63,325 nucleotides of DNA, filler included, from Rhabdomonas costata (GCA_019059605.1; 46 parts of 46 records of this genome joined end to end with filler, not necessarily neighbours in it); one strand, 5' to 3'; counted from the first letter of the whole stretch, positions 47,398 through 60,670 are shown. Numbers and translations are program-made. The notes: generated by a model not told the origin, from the sequence alone.

Positions 47398-48812
47398 GTG
47401 GTGCTGGTGGGAGGTCGAGGGTTGTGTCTGCATGGAAGGATCTGTTTCAGTGGGTTGGCAAATTGGATTGGGTGCTGGTTTGCTATCGCCGACGCTCCGA
47501 CGGAAGCAATTGCTCTCGGTGATTCGAACCGCCAACGCAAAAGCGATCGAACCCTGACCGCATTTGCTATCGCACCGTCAGGGCTTTGGGTCGGTAGCAT
47601 TTGCTACCGAGCGGGGCGGGCCTATACCGCATCGGTCCTCTGTGTTTTTTCCCCGACTGACATCGCCTCCTTGAGGATATGCCCCCGGCGGGGTTTGGGG
47701 GGCTCTCATGTCCTGTTGGTCGGCATCACTCTTACCGACATCGCCACTACCACCATTCCCGCAATGCCCCGATCGCACCTGAAACCTTGCGGGCTCAGTG
47801 TCGAAAGCTAAGGCTGGGTTCGTTCAAGTATGCGATAATGCCATGGAAAACATGCATCTCATATATATAGTCATAGCTCCACGGGGAAAGGGACCGTGGT
47901 ATTGCATGAGCACAAAGTCAGTTGGATTTTTAATCTCTACAAATAGAAAGTGGCCAGAAATTGGCCATTCTGACCTCTGGAAGTTTCTCAATAAAATCAG
48001 CGCCCACCTTACTCGATTCGACACAGCCCTTGGTGTTTTAGGTTTTGCAGCGGAATCTGAAAAAAAAAACAATCAACTGCGTCACAACAGTTCAGTTGCA
48101 AAAACACAGAAATCACAGAGAAAAGTGGAACGGAACGGGCTCACCCAACCACCCAAACACACCCCCACNNNNNNNNNNNNNNNNNNNNNNNNNNNNNNNN
48201 NNNNNNNNNNNNTTAATTAATTAANNNNNNNNNNNNNNNNNNNNNNNNNNNNNNNNNNNNNNNNNNNNGAGTTTTGGGATCATCGACCATAATTGAGTTT
48301 ATCACGAAACCCAGATTGCTGCTACATGCCCATACTTCCGACTCTTGGTCAGCATTGCTAACCGTTCGGAAAGATATTAGCGCAGTGAGATGGCGCACGA
48401 CAAAACAGCGAAAGGCACTGCGGCGGATGAGTGAGCACTGGGCGACACCGGAGCACAGAAGAAACTGAAAATTTACAGAAGACTCCTCAACGTGATAACC
48501 TCAATTATGGTCGATGATCCCAAAATGAGAAACAGGAAGATTTTTAGCTTTACAAGATTCCGCAGGACGTGATGCTGCAGAAAACACAGATAGTCACGGC
48601 ACTGCGTCGCAGCAGTTCGGGTGGCACGACAAAACAACGAACGTGGAACGAAAGTGGAGAGGAAAAGAGACGCGGGTAACCGCCAACAGGGGTTCGTTCG
48701 GTGCATACAACCGTGCAAAAGGATCTGTTCTTATAGGAAATTGGATATATCTTCACCTCGCATTCTCTGAGGGATGATGCACGCGTTGGGACACCCGCGC
48801 TTGCGTTTGCAG

Positions 48813-49023
48813 CGGGGTGGGATAAAGCCGATGAATCTTCCGGGCACCCCGACAGGGTGGCTGGCGCTGGGCGTGGGGCTGCCCCGGGTGCTGGCCCAGC
48901 CCATCGTGGTGTGGCTTGGTGGGGCCAGCCGCGGCGACAAGATGCCTTCCTTCCACATCGACCTCCACTCCGGGAACCCCCGCAGCGAGGTTGAGTTCCT
49001 TCATGGCGCTGTGGTCCGCCGCG
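48813..49023 (+). CDS. Ketopantoate reductase (ApbA/PanE) C-terminal domain exon
   Basis: RGDKMPSFHIDLHSGNPRSEVEFLHGAVVRRG matches the PanE S-M-x-x-D...G...E-x-x-x-x-x-G-x-x-V motif; bounded by TTTGCAG and GTGCGT. Confidence 0.75.
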
Positions 49024-50071
49024 GTGCGTACGCAACGCGCTGCCTCCCTCCCTTCCTTACTTACTTGGTTCTTTCGTTCAAGGAAGAGTTTCGATGCAAA
49101 CTGCACAACCGAAGAGTGTTCGGTGTTCGGAGAGCGAATCAATCATCAATCAAAATCGGCAAGATTAAATTATAAGGACAGTTAGACTCCGAAAATCAGG
49201 GGAATGTATGTGACCCATTCAAACCTAGTGTCCTCTGACCCTATTGTTATGGCCATCGTCTGCAGCAGGATGATCCTGTGAGGCCCCCTGTCCTTTTTGT
49301 TCGCATCCGTATCAAAGAAACGTCTTGCTTTGTGTTGTCACGCGCCGAAGGTGTCAGAAATAAATATTTCTGATTGGTGAGCATTACACATTTGAGAAAC
49401 TAAGAGATCCCTGGTTCTCAGTTTAAGGATGAGGGGTGGAGGCTTGGGAGATTCATCGAAGACGAAAGTGTGTGTCCCAGGGTGTACTGTGTACTCTTTA
49501 TCCCTCGGACACACACTTTCGTCTTCGATGAATCTCCCAACCACCCNNNNNNNNNNNNNNNNNNNNNNNNNNNNNNNNNNNNNNNNNNNNTTAATTAATT
49601 AANNNNNNNNNNNNNNNNNNNNNNNNNNNNNNNNNNNNNNNNNNNNGGTGGACCCCAAGACCTTGGCCCACCTTGTGCAACCCTTCAGCGAGATGTCTCT
49701 CGCACAGGTAATGGGAACACTCGGGGAACCTTGGTACCTTTCCGAGTGTTTTGGTTGGTGGGGGAAGCGGTCATCAGCAGTCGCAATGCTTTCCACTTGG
49801 TCAATTTGATCAACCGGCTCGTTCGTGGTTCGTGAAAATGGACCTGTTAGTTTCGGTTTCGTCCGATCATTTTGATGAATGCACTGTCAATCTTAAGTTG
49901 ACTGAGGCGATCAAGGCTTTTTTGTTTCTTTCTTTGTTTGCTTTTTTGCAGAATTAGTAAAGTAAAGTAAAGTCTTTGGGAATCCGCAACGACCATTATT
50001 CTTCTGAAAATCTTTTGCGAGTTCCTACGAACCTATGACTTCAAAATACCCCCCCCCCCGCTTCACCACAG

Positions 50072-50756
50072 GTGGTCAGGAACTTGAAGGAGCTGGCGCG
50101 GCGGAAAATTGTCAGGCACATGGGCTCTGAGCTCGACCTGTACGTGTTTACGGACTTCCTGTCCAAAGAGGTCGCATACGAGTTGCTGCTGTTCGAGCAG
50201 CGGTGTGTCCTTTGTATTTTGAGCGTGTGGCGTAGCGTGCAGGTCTGCCAAAAGCCCTGGGCACTAGGCCCTTCCCGCAAATTCGCATTCCAAATTGCAT
50301 CCCCCAGGGAACGATTATGCACGGCATACAACCAGCACGATCGTTGTGCGTCTCGGAACTGACCACGTTACTACGTAAGTCCCATGCTGACGTCTGAGCT
50401 CTCGCACTCTGGGGCCCTCTGAATTAGCTTGGGATAGCAGCTTGAATCGCAGCTTGAGTTATCACCCGCAAGTTATTCGCAACCTCTCAACACACACTCT
50501 CTCTCGCTTGTCCTCGTGGGCCTCCAGCCAGCCTGTTACTGGCTGTGTTCGTTTCCCTTCACAGGGACTCCACTTTGCGTGAGGGCTGGGAGCGGTGTTT
50601 TGTTCATCGCACCCATCGCGTAGGGTTGAGATCCACCGACGAGCGGTGAACTTCTTGCAGGAGTTCGCCACGATAGTCTCGGGCCCTTGGGAGCTGACCA
50701 ATTCGTCGTCCTTCGGCAAAGGGGAAAGCGCGTCCCTCGCTGTGCTCGCACGGCAG
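50072..50756 (+). CDS. STAND NTPase-associated winged-helix region, as in ADCY10-like or bacterial cyclase-NTPase proteins (2 exons)
   Basis: Exons 50072-50202 and 50624-50756 give LKELARRKIV...YVFTDFLSKEVAYELLLFEQRVEIHRRAVNFLQE, matching YxFxHxLxxEVAYxxLLxxxRxxLHxxxAxxLE. Confidence 0.62.
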
Positions 50757-53521
50757 GTGCGCCCGAATCCATGGTGGGCGAACGTTTTTGTTTTTGCTCT
50801 GAAAGCTTGTGCTTCGGTCCTGCTGAGGGGGAAACAAAGTAGGCTCAAGTACGTTATGCGACCCCTCCCCCCTAGAATATCAGTATCATATGCGACCCCC
50901 CTTCACCAAATATCCGTCTCGTATNNNNNNNNNNNNNNNNNNNNNNNNNNNNNNNNNNNNNNNNNNNNTTAATTAATTAANNNNNNNNNNNNNNNNNNNN
51001 NNNNNNNNNNNNNNNNNNNNNNNNTGTGTTTTTGCAGGTGCCTCCTCTTCGGTGGCGGTCATGGGCAACCTGACCGTCATGGGGAAATTCTCCACGGCGG
51101 GGACGTTCATTTTATAGAGCGCAACGCTTCCCCTCTCCCTCCATGCTACGGTTTTACGCTTGAACGTTTTCTTTTTGCGTTCTGCCATTGAATGCGAAGT
51201 ATTCCTTTTGCAAGGCAGACAGTTCACATTTCGTCCGTTTTGTGTTTTTGACACCTTCCCCTCTTTTTCTTTTCGGGGTTCTCCTGTCGACATGCTCTTG
51301 GCATGTCGCATGCTTGGTCTGCTATTTGACTACCATTTTTTCCACGAAACAACTTGTACACATACAATAACAGTAACCGTAATTGGGCTAGTATTAGAAC
51401 TACGATACAAGACTCCCTCCTCCCCCCCGCTTTCTTAACAGCTCTCGCCCATGAGGTTTGAGGGGGGGGACCTCTTCGGTCGTCGCGGTCTGTCGGTTGC
51501 AACAGTCTTCACTCACCCACTCACTCACCCACACCCACCCACTCACTCACTCACTATCTCTTCTCTTCTCTGGCAACCCAACCGCAGGCCAGCCAGGGGT
51601 CCAGCTCCTCTTCTCAAGTCAGCATGGCTGTGGGTTCGCTCGGGGGGTTCTCCATGCAAGGGAGTGCTGCGGGCTCCTCAGGGACTCCGCCCTCGATGTC
51701 CTTCACGTCGGCAACACCAGGTGTGTCCCTGTGAGTGAGCCAGAACATACGTGAAGAATTCGTTGTGGGGACATGAGATGGGATGGGATGGGAGTTTCGC
51801 CCCAAAACAAATTTTAGCAGGCCACACCATAAATCGAGAGTTTACACTCTCTTGCGTATTCAAAAAGAGACAACATATGCCAAAGACCGGGGTCATAAGT
51901 ACAGGCCAAAAGGCTTCAGTTCGAAATGTTACGAAAGGTGTTCTCGATTTTGTGGTGCAACTAGGCTTAACTAGGCTTATTCTAACGACATCGCCACGTT
52001 TGGGCCCGAGCACTGCTTTTCGGTATAGGACCACTCTCACACAGTCTGCTTTGTTTGGGGGCGAAGTTCAATCCTCCGAAACAGGTAAAAGACAAACATC
52101 GTCAGGTGCGCAAGGTGCAAAGGAATGCTAAGGAAATTGCTGATTAGTGTGTGATTGTTTGTGCCATGGGTCCAATACATACACACGCACGTACATGCGC
52201 ACACACTTCTAAGACGCGTGCGGAGTCAGCACCCCTCTCATGTGGAACTGAGTCATCGTCCGCCCCCCCCCCTCTCGTACTCTCTCTCACCAACCCACCA
52301 CANNNNNNNNNNNNNNNNNNNNNNNNNNNNNNNNNNNNNNNNNNNNTTAATTAATTAANNNNNNNNNNNNNNNNNNNNNNNNNNNNNNNNNNNNNNNNNN
52401 NNAACAGTGCGGTGGTGCGGGTACAAGTCTATGCGTCTCAGTTGAGTATTGGTGTGGGCTTGGCCTCCGAGCATACATCCATGGTAGCAACATCGATGAT
52501 GAAAGGCAAAGACAGGCGAAGCGGGGATGCGTTTTGGTTGCTGACGGTGCGGACGGTGGCAATGGGACTGCCCTGCGCTTTGACTCGGTCAATATAGTGC
52601 TCAATTATTACCCCCCGGGTACTGGAGTTTATGGCGAAATGGGGCCTGCCCATCGCAACATCTGACGTGAGGCATTGTCCCAATGTGTGCGTTTCCCCGC
52701 ACGAGAGAAAATCCATGCAGTGAAATCGCCCGTGTAAGAACATGGAAAAAGCAGCCTGTCAATTCAGTCTGGTCACGTAGACTGAATTGACGTGGTTTTA
52801 TCACTGAAAGGCAGAAAAACATCGCGGTGGACCCTTGTGTTTGGTAACCCAAAAAAGATAGACCGTGGCCAATTTCACACACATTCAGCAATAGTTTCTT
52901 GCGTGTAAAACTCGGGAAAACTCAAAATCTGGCAAAATAAATCAGATGGAAAAGTTGGAATATTGAAGCGTGGCATTTAAAAGGTTTAAATCAATAATAA
53001 TCGCGGTTTCGCCCTGTCTCCGGGCTGTGTTGTTGCTGTGGGGATTGCAAACTGGGACGTCTCGCGGACAGAGCTGTCCTTCTCAGGTTGGAACTTTTGC
53101 AGCGGACCGTCTCGGTACTTCAAAAACAAAGCTAGCGTCAGGAATGAGGACCAGGGCCACGTGACGGTCATCAGGTCCTCTTCATTAAATTTCGTTTTGA
53201 ACAAAAGAAGATTGCGTAGGGTGTTGCGTTTGACTCCCTCGTTTTGAGGTGGCATGGTCCACGGGTTCCGCACCCCACCTCCCGCTCTTGATGCGCATTC
53301 CCAGCAGCTGCATTTTTATCTATTCTGTTTTCCTTCCGTTGATCGGTTGGGTTCTGTTAGCAATCTTCGATTTTGTGTGCGCGGGGTCGAGCGGTGAGAT
53401 ATCTCTCCATCCCCCCCACTCGAATGCCTGTCCCCTAACAGAAAGTGTTCGGGCCCGGACGTTCTCGCTCCTCCCCCGCACATCTGCACACTCGCACCCT
53501 TTTGCTGAGGTGGGCTAAGGG

Positions 53522-53680
53522 ATGTCGAAGGCGGCGCTTCAGGCGGCCGCAGTGATGGAGGAGGTTCAGGGCCAGCTCGAGGAGTGCGGCGCAGGCAACT
53601 ACCGCGTAGTGAAGATCTTGGGCCGGGGCTCATACGGGATCGTTTTTCAGGGCTATGACAACATTGGCCAGCGCGACATC
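53522..53680 (+). CDS. Protein kinase N-terminus (CMGC/MAPK-like), truncated by contig end
   Basis: ATG-initiated frame with Gly-rich loop YRVVKILGRGSYGIVFQGYD. Confidence 0.82.
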
Positions 53681-54044
53681 NNNNNNNNNNNNNNNNNNNN
53701 NNNNNNNNNNNNNNNNNNNNNNNNTTAATTAATTAANNNNNNNNNNNNNNNNNNNNNNNNNNNNNNNNNNNNNNNNNNNNTGTTGGTTGTTGCCGAAAGA
53801 CGTGGCCGAATGAAAATCCCAAATTGGGTAACCAAGAACAACACGGAGAATGAGTTTTGCAAAAGCAGCAATGCGCGACGGGCAACCCGTGACAAAAAGA
53901 CCGATTCAACGTGAAAGAAAGAAGGAAAGCAGTTGTGATGCTGATGGTCAAAGCGAGTCGAGCAACGCGGCCATAGTGCATGAAAACCGTTGAGTGAGGA
54001 CAACAGAGAAGTTCCATGTTTCTTGTTGCAAGCAAGGCACACAC

Positions 54045-54797
54045 CTGATCGCAGAAATCTCGCATCTTTGCGAGCCAGACCGACACAACCCGGTCGAAGC
54101 TACGTCGGCTGGTGATATCGTAGCAGATTAGCACTCCGTTGGCTCCTCTGAGTACCGAAACACGGGAAATATCTAAACATCCATGAAAGTTAAGTTGTAA
54201 ACTCAAACAGCATACGAAAACAAACCATCAGACTTAAATTCAAAAAAAAAAGGAACGCAGGTAGGTGGGAAACAAACCAAAAGCAAAATTTCACGGACCT
54301 GTAATACGCCCGGCACATGTCGGCATAGATTTCTTGACCGGCAGTGTCCCTGCATTTAGTGCAAAACACCTCTATCAGCATACTAACACAAAAAAACAAA
54401 TCATGCCCAGACGAGGACCAAGTCTCGTTAGTGCCATCACCATTGCAAGAGGCCCAATGGGAAGGGGGTGAGGAAAAAGAAAAGAGAGAAAGGTGTCCAT
54501 CATGCACTGCCCAATTCCAAAAAAGCACGATCGTAGTCGCGGTTGTACTTTGGGATCGAAAGCCTTACCCCTGTGACGAGGGAGGCCATCTTTCTCACTG
54601 CCCCTCCCCCTGTCCTAAAAACTGCACCAGATCTGAGCAATAATGCGGTTCCCCTCCACCACGCTGGTGTACAGCCTGAAGTCCGCACCCATAGTGGGCG
54701 GGCAGGCGGCGTCGAAGCTGTCGGCGCAGGCTCTCAGGGTGAGGCAGCTCTTCCCCACCCCGCTGTCACCGATGACAATAATCTTGAAGTTTGACAT
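54045..54797 (-). CDS. Rab-family small GTPase, divergent (3 exons, partial)
   Basis: Exons 54797-54628 (FKIIVIGDSGVGKSCL...PTMGADF...QIW), 54349-54299 (DTAGQE...AYYR) and 54147-54045 (GANGVLICYDITSRRSF). Confidence 0.93.
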
Positions 54798-55375
54798 GGG
54801 ATTCCCGTGACCGCTCACTCTGACAGAAGGCGACCGAACCCCCCGACCTTGACCTCACCTCCCACCACACGAACAGCAAGTGCGACTTTCTTTTCTCCTT
54901 CCTGACGCGCACAAAACAGAAAAAAAACCAAAGATCGACCCAGGCCAATACTCACCCAAAGGGAAGCTTGTGTATCCCCCAGAAAACTGAGAGGAGAAAG
55001 ATTCCGCTGAAATTTGGGCTGGCACGGTCAAATAAGCGCTCCAATCTCACACCACAANNNNNNNNNNNNNNNNNNNNNNNNNNNNNNNNNNNNNNNNNNN
55101 NTTAATTAATTAANNNNNNNNNNNNNNNNNNNNNNNNNNNNNNNNNNNNNNNNNNNNGTTGGTGGGTGGTGCGTCAGGCAGTGTGTGCAAGCCCCTTTCC
55201 CAACCATCAGTTCCCTTCTGTATTGGTTGTTCACAGAAATTGAGCATCACACAGATATTACAAATCTTGGCATCCAGGTTTCGTAATATCTGTGTGATGC
55301 TCAATTTCTGTGAACAACCAATACAGAAGGGAACTGATGGTTGGGAAAGGGGCTTGCACACACTGCCTGACGCAC

Positions 55376-55968
55376 CCCACAATGCAGGCGGCAATGAAGA
55401 CCACCGTGAGCAGCAACCCAGCGTTGACCTTCTGCAGCCACAGGCGCGAGTCCGTCCCCACCACCAATGCCCACCGCAAGCCCTGTAAGAAGCAAAGTAA
55501 AAAACAGGCCTGAAGGCATACTTCGAGCCCAAGAAATCCCCCCACCCTGTAAACGGACGTGTGGGTTGATGCTACTGGAACTCTGACAGGGTCAGCTTGC
55601 CAGTTCATACCGTAACAGACTGCCGGTTCACCCAAGATCCCGGAAAAAAGCAATCAAAAGACGCAGACCCATCCAAGCCTCCAACTGTGCACCTGCACGT
55701 TCAGTCGCCGGACGTTGGCGTAGTACCCCGACACTACAAAGGTAGTGTCATACCCGGCAGCCACTACGCCGAACCGGGCCCACCCCGTCAGCGGGTCTGC
55801 AATGCCTACGCTGAGGCGGCGGACAAACGCACTGCTGGCGTTCACTGCGGGCACCCGCTGCCCCAAAGCCCCCACCAGCAGCTGCCCTGGCTCTGAGGTG
55901 GCGAGTAGGAGCCCGGTGTCCACCTCCACCAGGAAGGTTACCGTGCCAGGGAACATTGTACTGGAGAC
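55376..55968 (-). CDS. Cache-like sensor region plus transmembrane helix (2 exons, partial)
   Basis: Exon 55968-55693 (VTFLVEVDTGLLLATS...VPAVNASSAFV) and exon 55482-55376 (GLRWALVVGTD...LLLTVVFIAACIV) parallel the 19321-20597 fragment. Confidence 0.55.
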
Positions 55969-56317
55969 CTGAGAGGGACGGCATAAAGCCCTCCTCAAAT
56001 GAGAGGCGTACGCAAGGAGTATAGGTGAGTTCACGAAGAAATTGAAACTCCCCGGAGACCCCCATGGATGACGCGCTTTCGCTTCTTTTGCCAAAATCAC
56101 CATGAGGGGTGGGAGCACCCAGGGCTGAGGCTAAAACGAGGCATGAAGGCATGTAAGGAAGCATTTTACTTCGGAACAGAAAAAGACCACATAGATACCT
56201 GTTACCACTGACAACCGTTACTACTCTCCAAAAGTAACGAGCTCCCGCCTCGACAAATGCAGCCGAGAAATTGGAGTATTGCATGACATCAATTACAAGG
56301 ACAGAAGAGTACAGTAC

Positions 56318-56435
56318 ACACCACGACACCACACCACACCAAGCATCACCACACCACACCACACCCAGCATCACCACACCACACCACACCACACCAAGCA
56401 TCACCACACCACACCACACCCAGCATCACCACACC
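56318..56435. repeat. (CACAC)-based minisatellite punctuated by AGCAT
   Basis: Four units of AGCATCACCACACC(ACACC)n at a contig end. Confidence 0.85.
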
Positions 56436-56698
56436 NNNNNNNNNNNNNNNNNNNNNNNNNNNNNNNNNNNNNNNNNNNNTTAATTAATTAANNNNNNNNN
56501 NNNNNNNNNNNNNNNNNNNNNNNNNNNNNNNNNNNGTTTGTTTGTTGAGAAAAGAATGACGGAGCCGGGACTGAGCCAGCCCCACAGAGGGGGCACCGGT
56601 CCAGTCCAATGGATGGCGACTGTCATGCCTTTCCAGAGCCCAGAGAGTCCGCTGGGGCTGGAGAATGGCTGGTGCGGTTTGCAGAGGCCTTGAGATTG

Positions 56699-57350
56699 AT
56701 GAATCAGAATCAGGTGGCGACAATGACAAAAGCTCTTGACATAGTTGACACGTTGACATAGAGTACGAACCAGGATTGTGCAGGTAGAGAGACAGTAGCA
56801 CTGAGGAAATTGCAGGAACGTGACACAGAGTTCCCGCCATAAGACGGTAACCCAGAAACTTTCCTACAGTGGATAATCACGGTGGAGGAGAAAAAGATGA
56901 ACCAACGTATTCCTGACCAGGTTGCAATCACCTTTGCGGTCGGAGCAATGGGACCTCACGCCAGAGGCACTGTTTGAAGAGTGGGACGCGTTTGTAGCTT
57001 ACTTGAAAACCAAGTTCTGTTCGGACACTTTTGAGTACAACATTTTTTGTAGATTGGACAAGCTGAGAGTTGACGGGAACTTTCAGTTTTTCGTGTCTCA
57101 GTTCACACTGTGATCCAAGCTACTGAGAGGTTGTCTTTTTGTTCATGACTCGAACTTGATGTACCTATTCATTTAAGGGTTGGAGACAGACATGCAGGCA
57201 GATCTGATGACGAAAACGCTTTTGAGTTTGCAGAAAAACATTGATGCAGCCTGGGAGTTCCACAGGAAACCCACCCAAGGTCATTGTTGTCACGTTGCCA
57301 GCAGAGACAGCGACATCGAAACCGACAGGAATGGAGCTGGATTCCATGAG
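56699..57350 (+). mobile_element. Decayed Ty3/Gypsy-type gag (capsid) pseudogene
   Basis: FPP*DGNPETFLQWI...AITFAVGAMGPHARG / FEEWDAFVAYLKTKF...LDKLR...FVSQF...YLFI*GL...SLQKNIDAA...GMELDSM across stops and frameshifts; typical retrotransposon gag motifs. Confidence 0.75.
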
Positions 57351-58022
57351 TTTCGGTAACTCGCCGTTTGGATTTGCGCGGTACTTTGACCAACCACCCG
57401 CTCGAATTCATTCACACAGTTCAGATAGTGCGGGTGTGGTCAGTTATAGCTCGAGTGACCTGAGTGAGATGTCGGTTGACTGGGGTTGGGACGCCATGAC
57501 GTCAGGAACTTTGCTGGCGGCGATCGCGTCGCCGCCCCTAGTGGTGCTGTTTGTGGAACGTGGAGATGCGCAAGCCAACGCAGTTAGGACCCCGTCACCC
57601 AGACCCCCATCCCCAACAACCAGAGTGTACCACGGTGTGTAAGCTTTTTGAGTAGAGGAAGAGGAGGATTCCACAGAACCGTTTCACCGGTTAGAGACAG
57701 ACCAAGAGTAGGAGGTAGATCGAAGGTGGGACAGAGGGCTATCTCCTACTCTTGGTCTGTCTCTAACCGGTGAAACGGTTCTGTGGAATCCTCCTCTTCC
57801 TCTACCCAAAAACNNNNNNNNNNNNNNNNNNNNNNNNNNNNNNNNNNNNNNNNNNNNTTAATTAATTAANNNNNNNNNNNNNNNNNNNNNNNNNNNNNNN
57901 NNNNNNNNNNNNNTGTGTTTTTTTGAGGAAATTTCTGTCTGGTTTTCTTGGATTACTTCTTTGAAGAGTTCATGGTTTTCCTCGGAACTCAGTTTTGTTT
58001 CGAGTCGGGTCTCTTGCTGCAG

Positions 58023-58865
58023 GCCATTGAAGGCACCTACATTGACCACAAGTGCCCCTTCACCGGGGATGTCAGCATTCGGGGGCGAATTCTCCGAGGA
58101 GTCATCGTCCGCGGCAAGGCAAAGCGAACGAGTATTTGCTCTCCACCCTTTCAATCTCGTGGCGTTCTGCTGCAATTTTGTGTGGAGGGTCTTCTCGCGC
58201 ACGAGAATGCGCTTGGCAACTTGCACGTGAACTTTTGCTTTGTGCTTTAGGCATTGGGCCCTCTTTACAAAGCATTATTTAGGGCACTATTCAGCTCAGC
58301 AGTGATCAATACCCCGTGTCATTCGTGTCTTTGTTCCCGAAGCTCAAGAGAGGGTTGAAAAATTTGTGAGTGTAGTGCGCGAAGTGGTGTGGGTAGAACA
58401 AGTAATGAATGTTCAATTCATGGAAGTGTTCGGTAATCGAACCGTAAATTCGCGTTTGGTGGCATCGGTAATGGATGCTTCCGGGAGTCCTGGAGGGTGG
58501 CTAGGGGGGCTGTCGTCACCGCAGCTTTGTCAGGGGTGCAAGTGTTTTGGTTAGATACTTCATATTAGTTCTATTTCGACTGTAAAAAGCATGCACGCAC
58601 CCTGGAGTATTCAGTGTGCCAAACGAAAACACCGTTTGCACCAAAAATTATGTGTGCGATTGAGAAAATTTACATTTCGTGTCAACCCTGTGAGAGGAGG
58701 GATCGGGGAGTTTGTGTGATGTGCCCCAGTCGTGATCCGCCGCAACTACCTCCACTACGTCCCGAAGTACCAGCGGTACGAGAAGCGGCACAAGCACGTC
58801 AAGGCCCACATCTCGCCGTGCTTCCACTTCCAGATGGGCGATGAGGCCGTGGTGGGAGAGTGCAG
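58023..58865 (+). CDS. RPS11: 40S ribosomal protein S11 (uS17), 2 exons, partial
   Basis: Exons 58023-58131 ([26 protein letters not shown]...KRT) and 58730-58865 ([22 protein letters not shown]...HISPCF...VGECR); phase-1 GT-AG intron. Confidence 0.97.
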
Positions 58866-59993
58866 GTGTGTTCTTTTAGAATTAAATAAGGACCGTTTTG
58901 GGAGCCTTCCTCCGAAAGTTCTCTAGCATTTGCTTTCAGTGTCGGGTGCCAGTGAACAGTTCAGCACGCTCCGCCTGCCGCAGACAGAAAAAGCGAAAAA
59001 GAAGTTCTGTCCTTCCCCGCCCACACCCTGCCCGCAATTCTTCTGTTTTGCACCCGCTAAAAAAGCTGGACATCTGACCTTCCCCCCACTAACCTACCTG
59101 TGAAGTGTGACCCTTCAACACAAAGAGCACCGCTGAGCCACACACAGCCCAGGATGCACAGTGAACTGTAAACGGGGAGGGGGTGAAGCTTNNNNNNNNN
59201 NNNNNNNNNNNNNNNNNNNNNNNNNNNNNNNNNNNTTAATTAATTAANNNNNNNNNNNNNNNNNNNNNNNNNNNNNNNNNNNNNNNNNNNNGGTTTTGTG
59301 GTAGTGGGCCACTGCGGCGTTTCTTTCTTTCTAGGAAGAACTTGGTTTGGGTCAGGATTAGAGGTTTGAATTGATGTGTAACCCCCCCGTCCTGTCCAAC
59401 ACCCAATGTTCAGTAGGGTGTATGTGCGGTGGAAGGGGGGAGGGGTGCAACTGGCGTTTGAAGATGCACCAAGAGTTCATTGTTTTGGGAAAGCATTGCG
59501 AGTGCAGTGTTGGTAGACTGTGGTTTTCCTCTTTCCTCTCGTGGTGCTTGCTTTCCGTTGGGGTCTTCCGTTTTGCGGTCGGATGCACCGTCCCCGATGC
59601 AATCGCGGTGGACACTATTGGGGGAAAAGCGGAAGCTGCACCTTTGTGCCCTCGTCGTCATCGCGCGTCATTGTGCCAAAACTGACGTTCTAACCTTTTA
59701 CTGAGGTTTTTTTTTTGGAAAAAGTTGTTGAACACAACACCTACCTCCTTCCTTGTACCTGCCTCACAGTTTTTTGTCGTGTGCTGACCATGGGACAGTG
59801 AACTATTTGCTGGGGTTGTGTTTATCATATTATTTTGGTACCTTTTTTCACTTTTTTGCTTCTCTTGCTTCGTCAGCGCTTGGAGGGGTTTTCTTTCTCC
59901 TTTCTCTTTGGAGGGCTTTCCTTTCGATGTTGGGGTCTGCCCCCCCCCCCCATTCCCGCCCTTCCCACCCTGTCATCTCTTTTTGTGCCACAG

Positions 59994-60079
59994 GCTTCCT
60001 CACCTCTGAAGCGTTGGATGATGTGCTGGAAAAGCTTGTGGAGACCAAGGGCGACTTCCTGGAGCAGGCTATCACTGAC
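59994..60079 (+). CDS. Putative exon, unknown protein
   Basis: AG/GT-bounded GC3-rich frame FLTSEALDDVLEKLVETKGDFLEQAITD. Confidence 0.4.
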
Positions 60080-60670
60080 GTACCGTCCCCAGCCATCGCT
60101 ACCTCACCCTCTCTTAACCACATCGTTGTTGAATTTACTGTGTCTCATAACGCCAAGCTCCTGTTGGTTAATGGGTTAATGGCAAGCCCCTGTGACAAGC
60201 CCCCTTGTCTAGGGCTGGGAAAAATGAAACCTGCAAAACTTCCACTGTTTTGCATTTTCGACCCCTCCCTTTTCGTTAAAATACACTTTTTATTGCATAT
60301 TTTCGCACTTTTTTTTTTGCAATTTCTATCTTTACATTTTTTTGCATCGCATTTTTGGTCTCGCCAATTCGTATTTTTCCCAGTCCTGCCTGGTCCAGAT
60401 TATTTTTTGATCGATGGCCCAAATTGGCGTTTTACACCGTTTTTTACACGTCATTGCATTTTTACACAGTTTTTTGCAAGCCATGTTGGTTGCGACCACT
60501 TTCCCTCGGTGGCGGTCCAAAAGAAAGTCTAACCGAAATCGAGAGTCCCGTTAGGGTTTCCACACCCCCNNNNNNNNNNNNNNNNNNNNNNNNNNNNNNN
60601 NNNNNNNNNNNNNTTAATTAATTAANNNNNNNNNNNNNNNNNNNNNNNNNNNNNNNNNNNNNNNNNNNNA

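Noticed and set aside
55168-55376. Long perfect palindrome as a hairpin RNA or transposon
   Set aside because: Perfect arms at a contig end, one of several such cases; best explained as an amplification fold-back.
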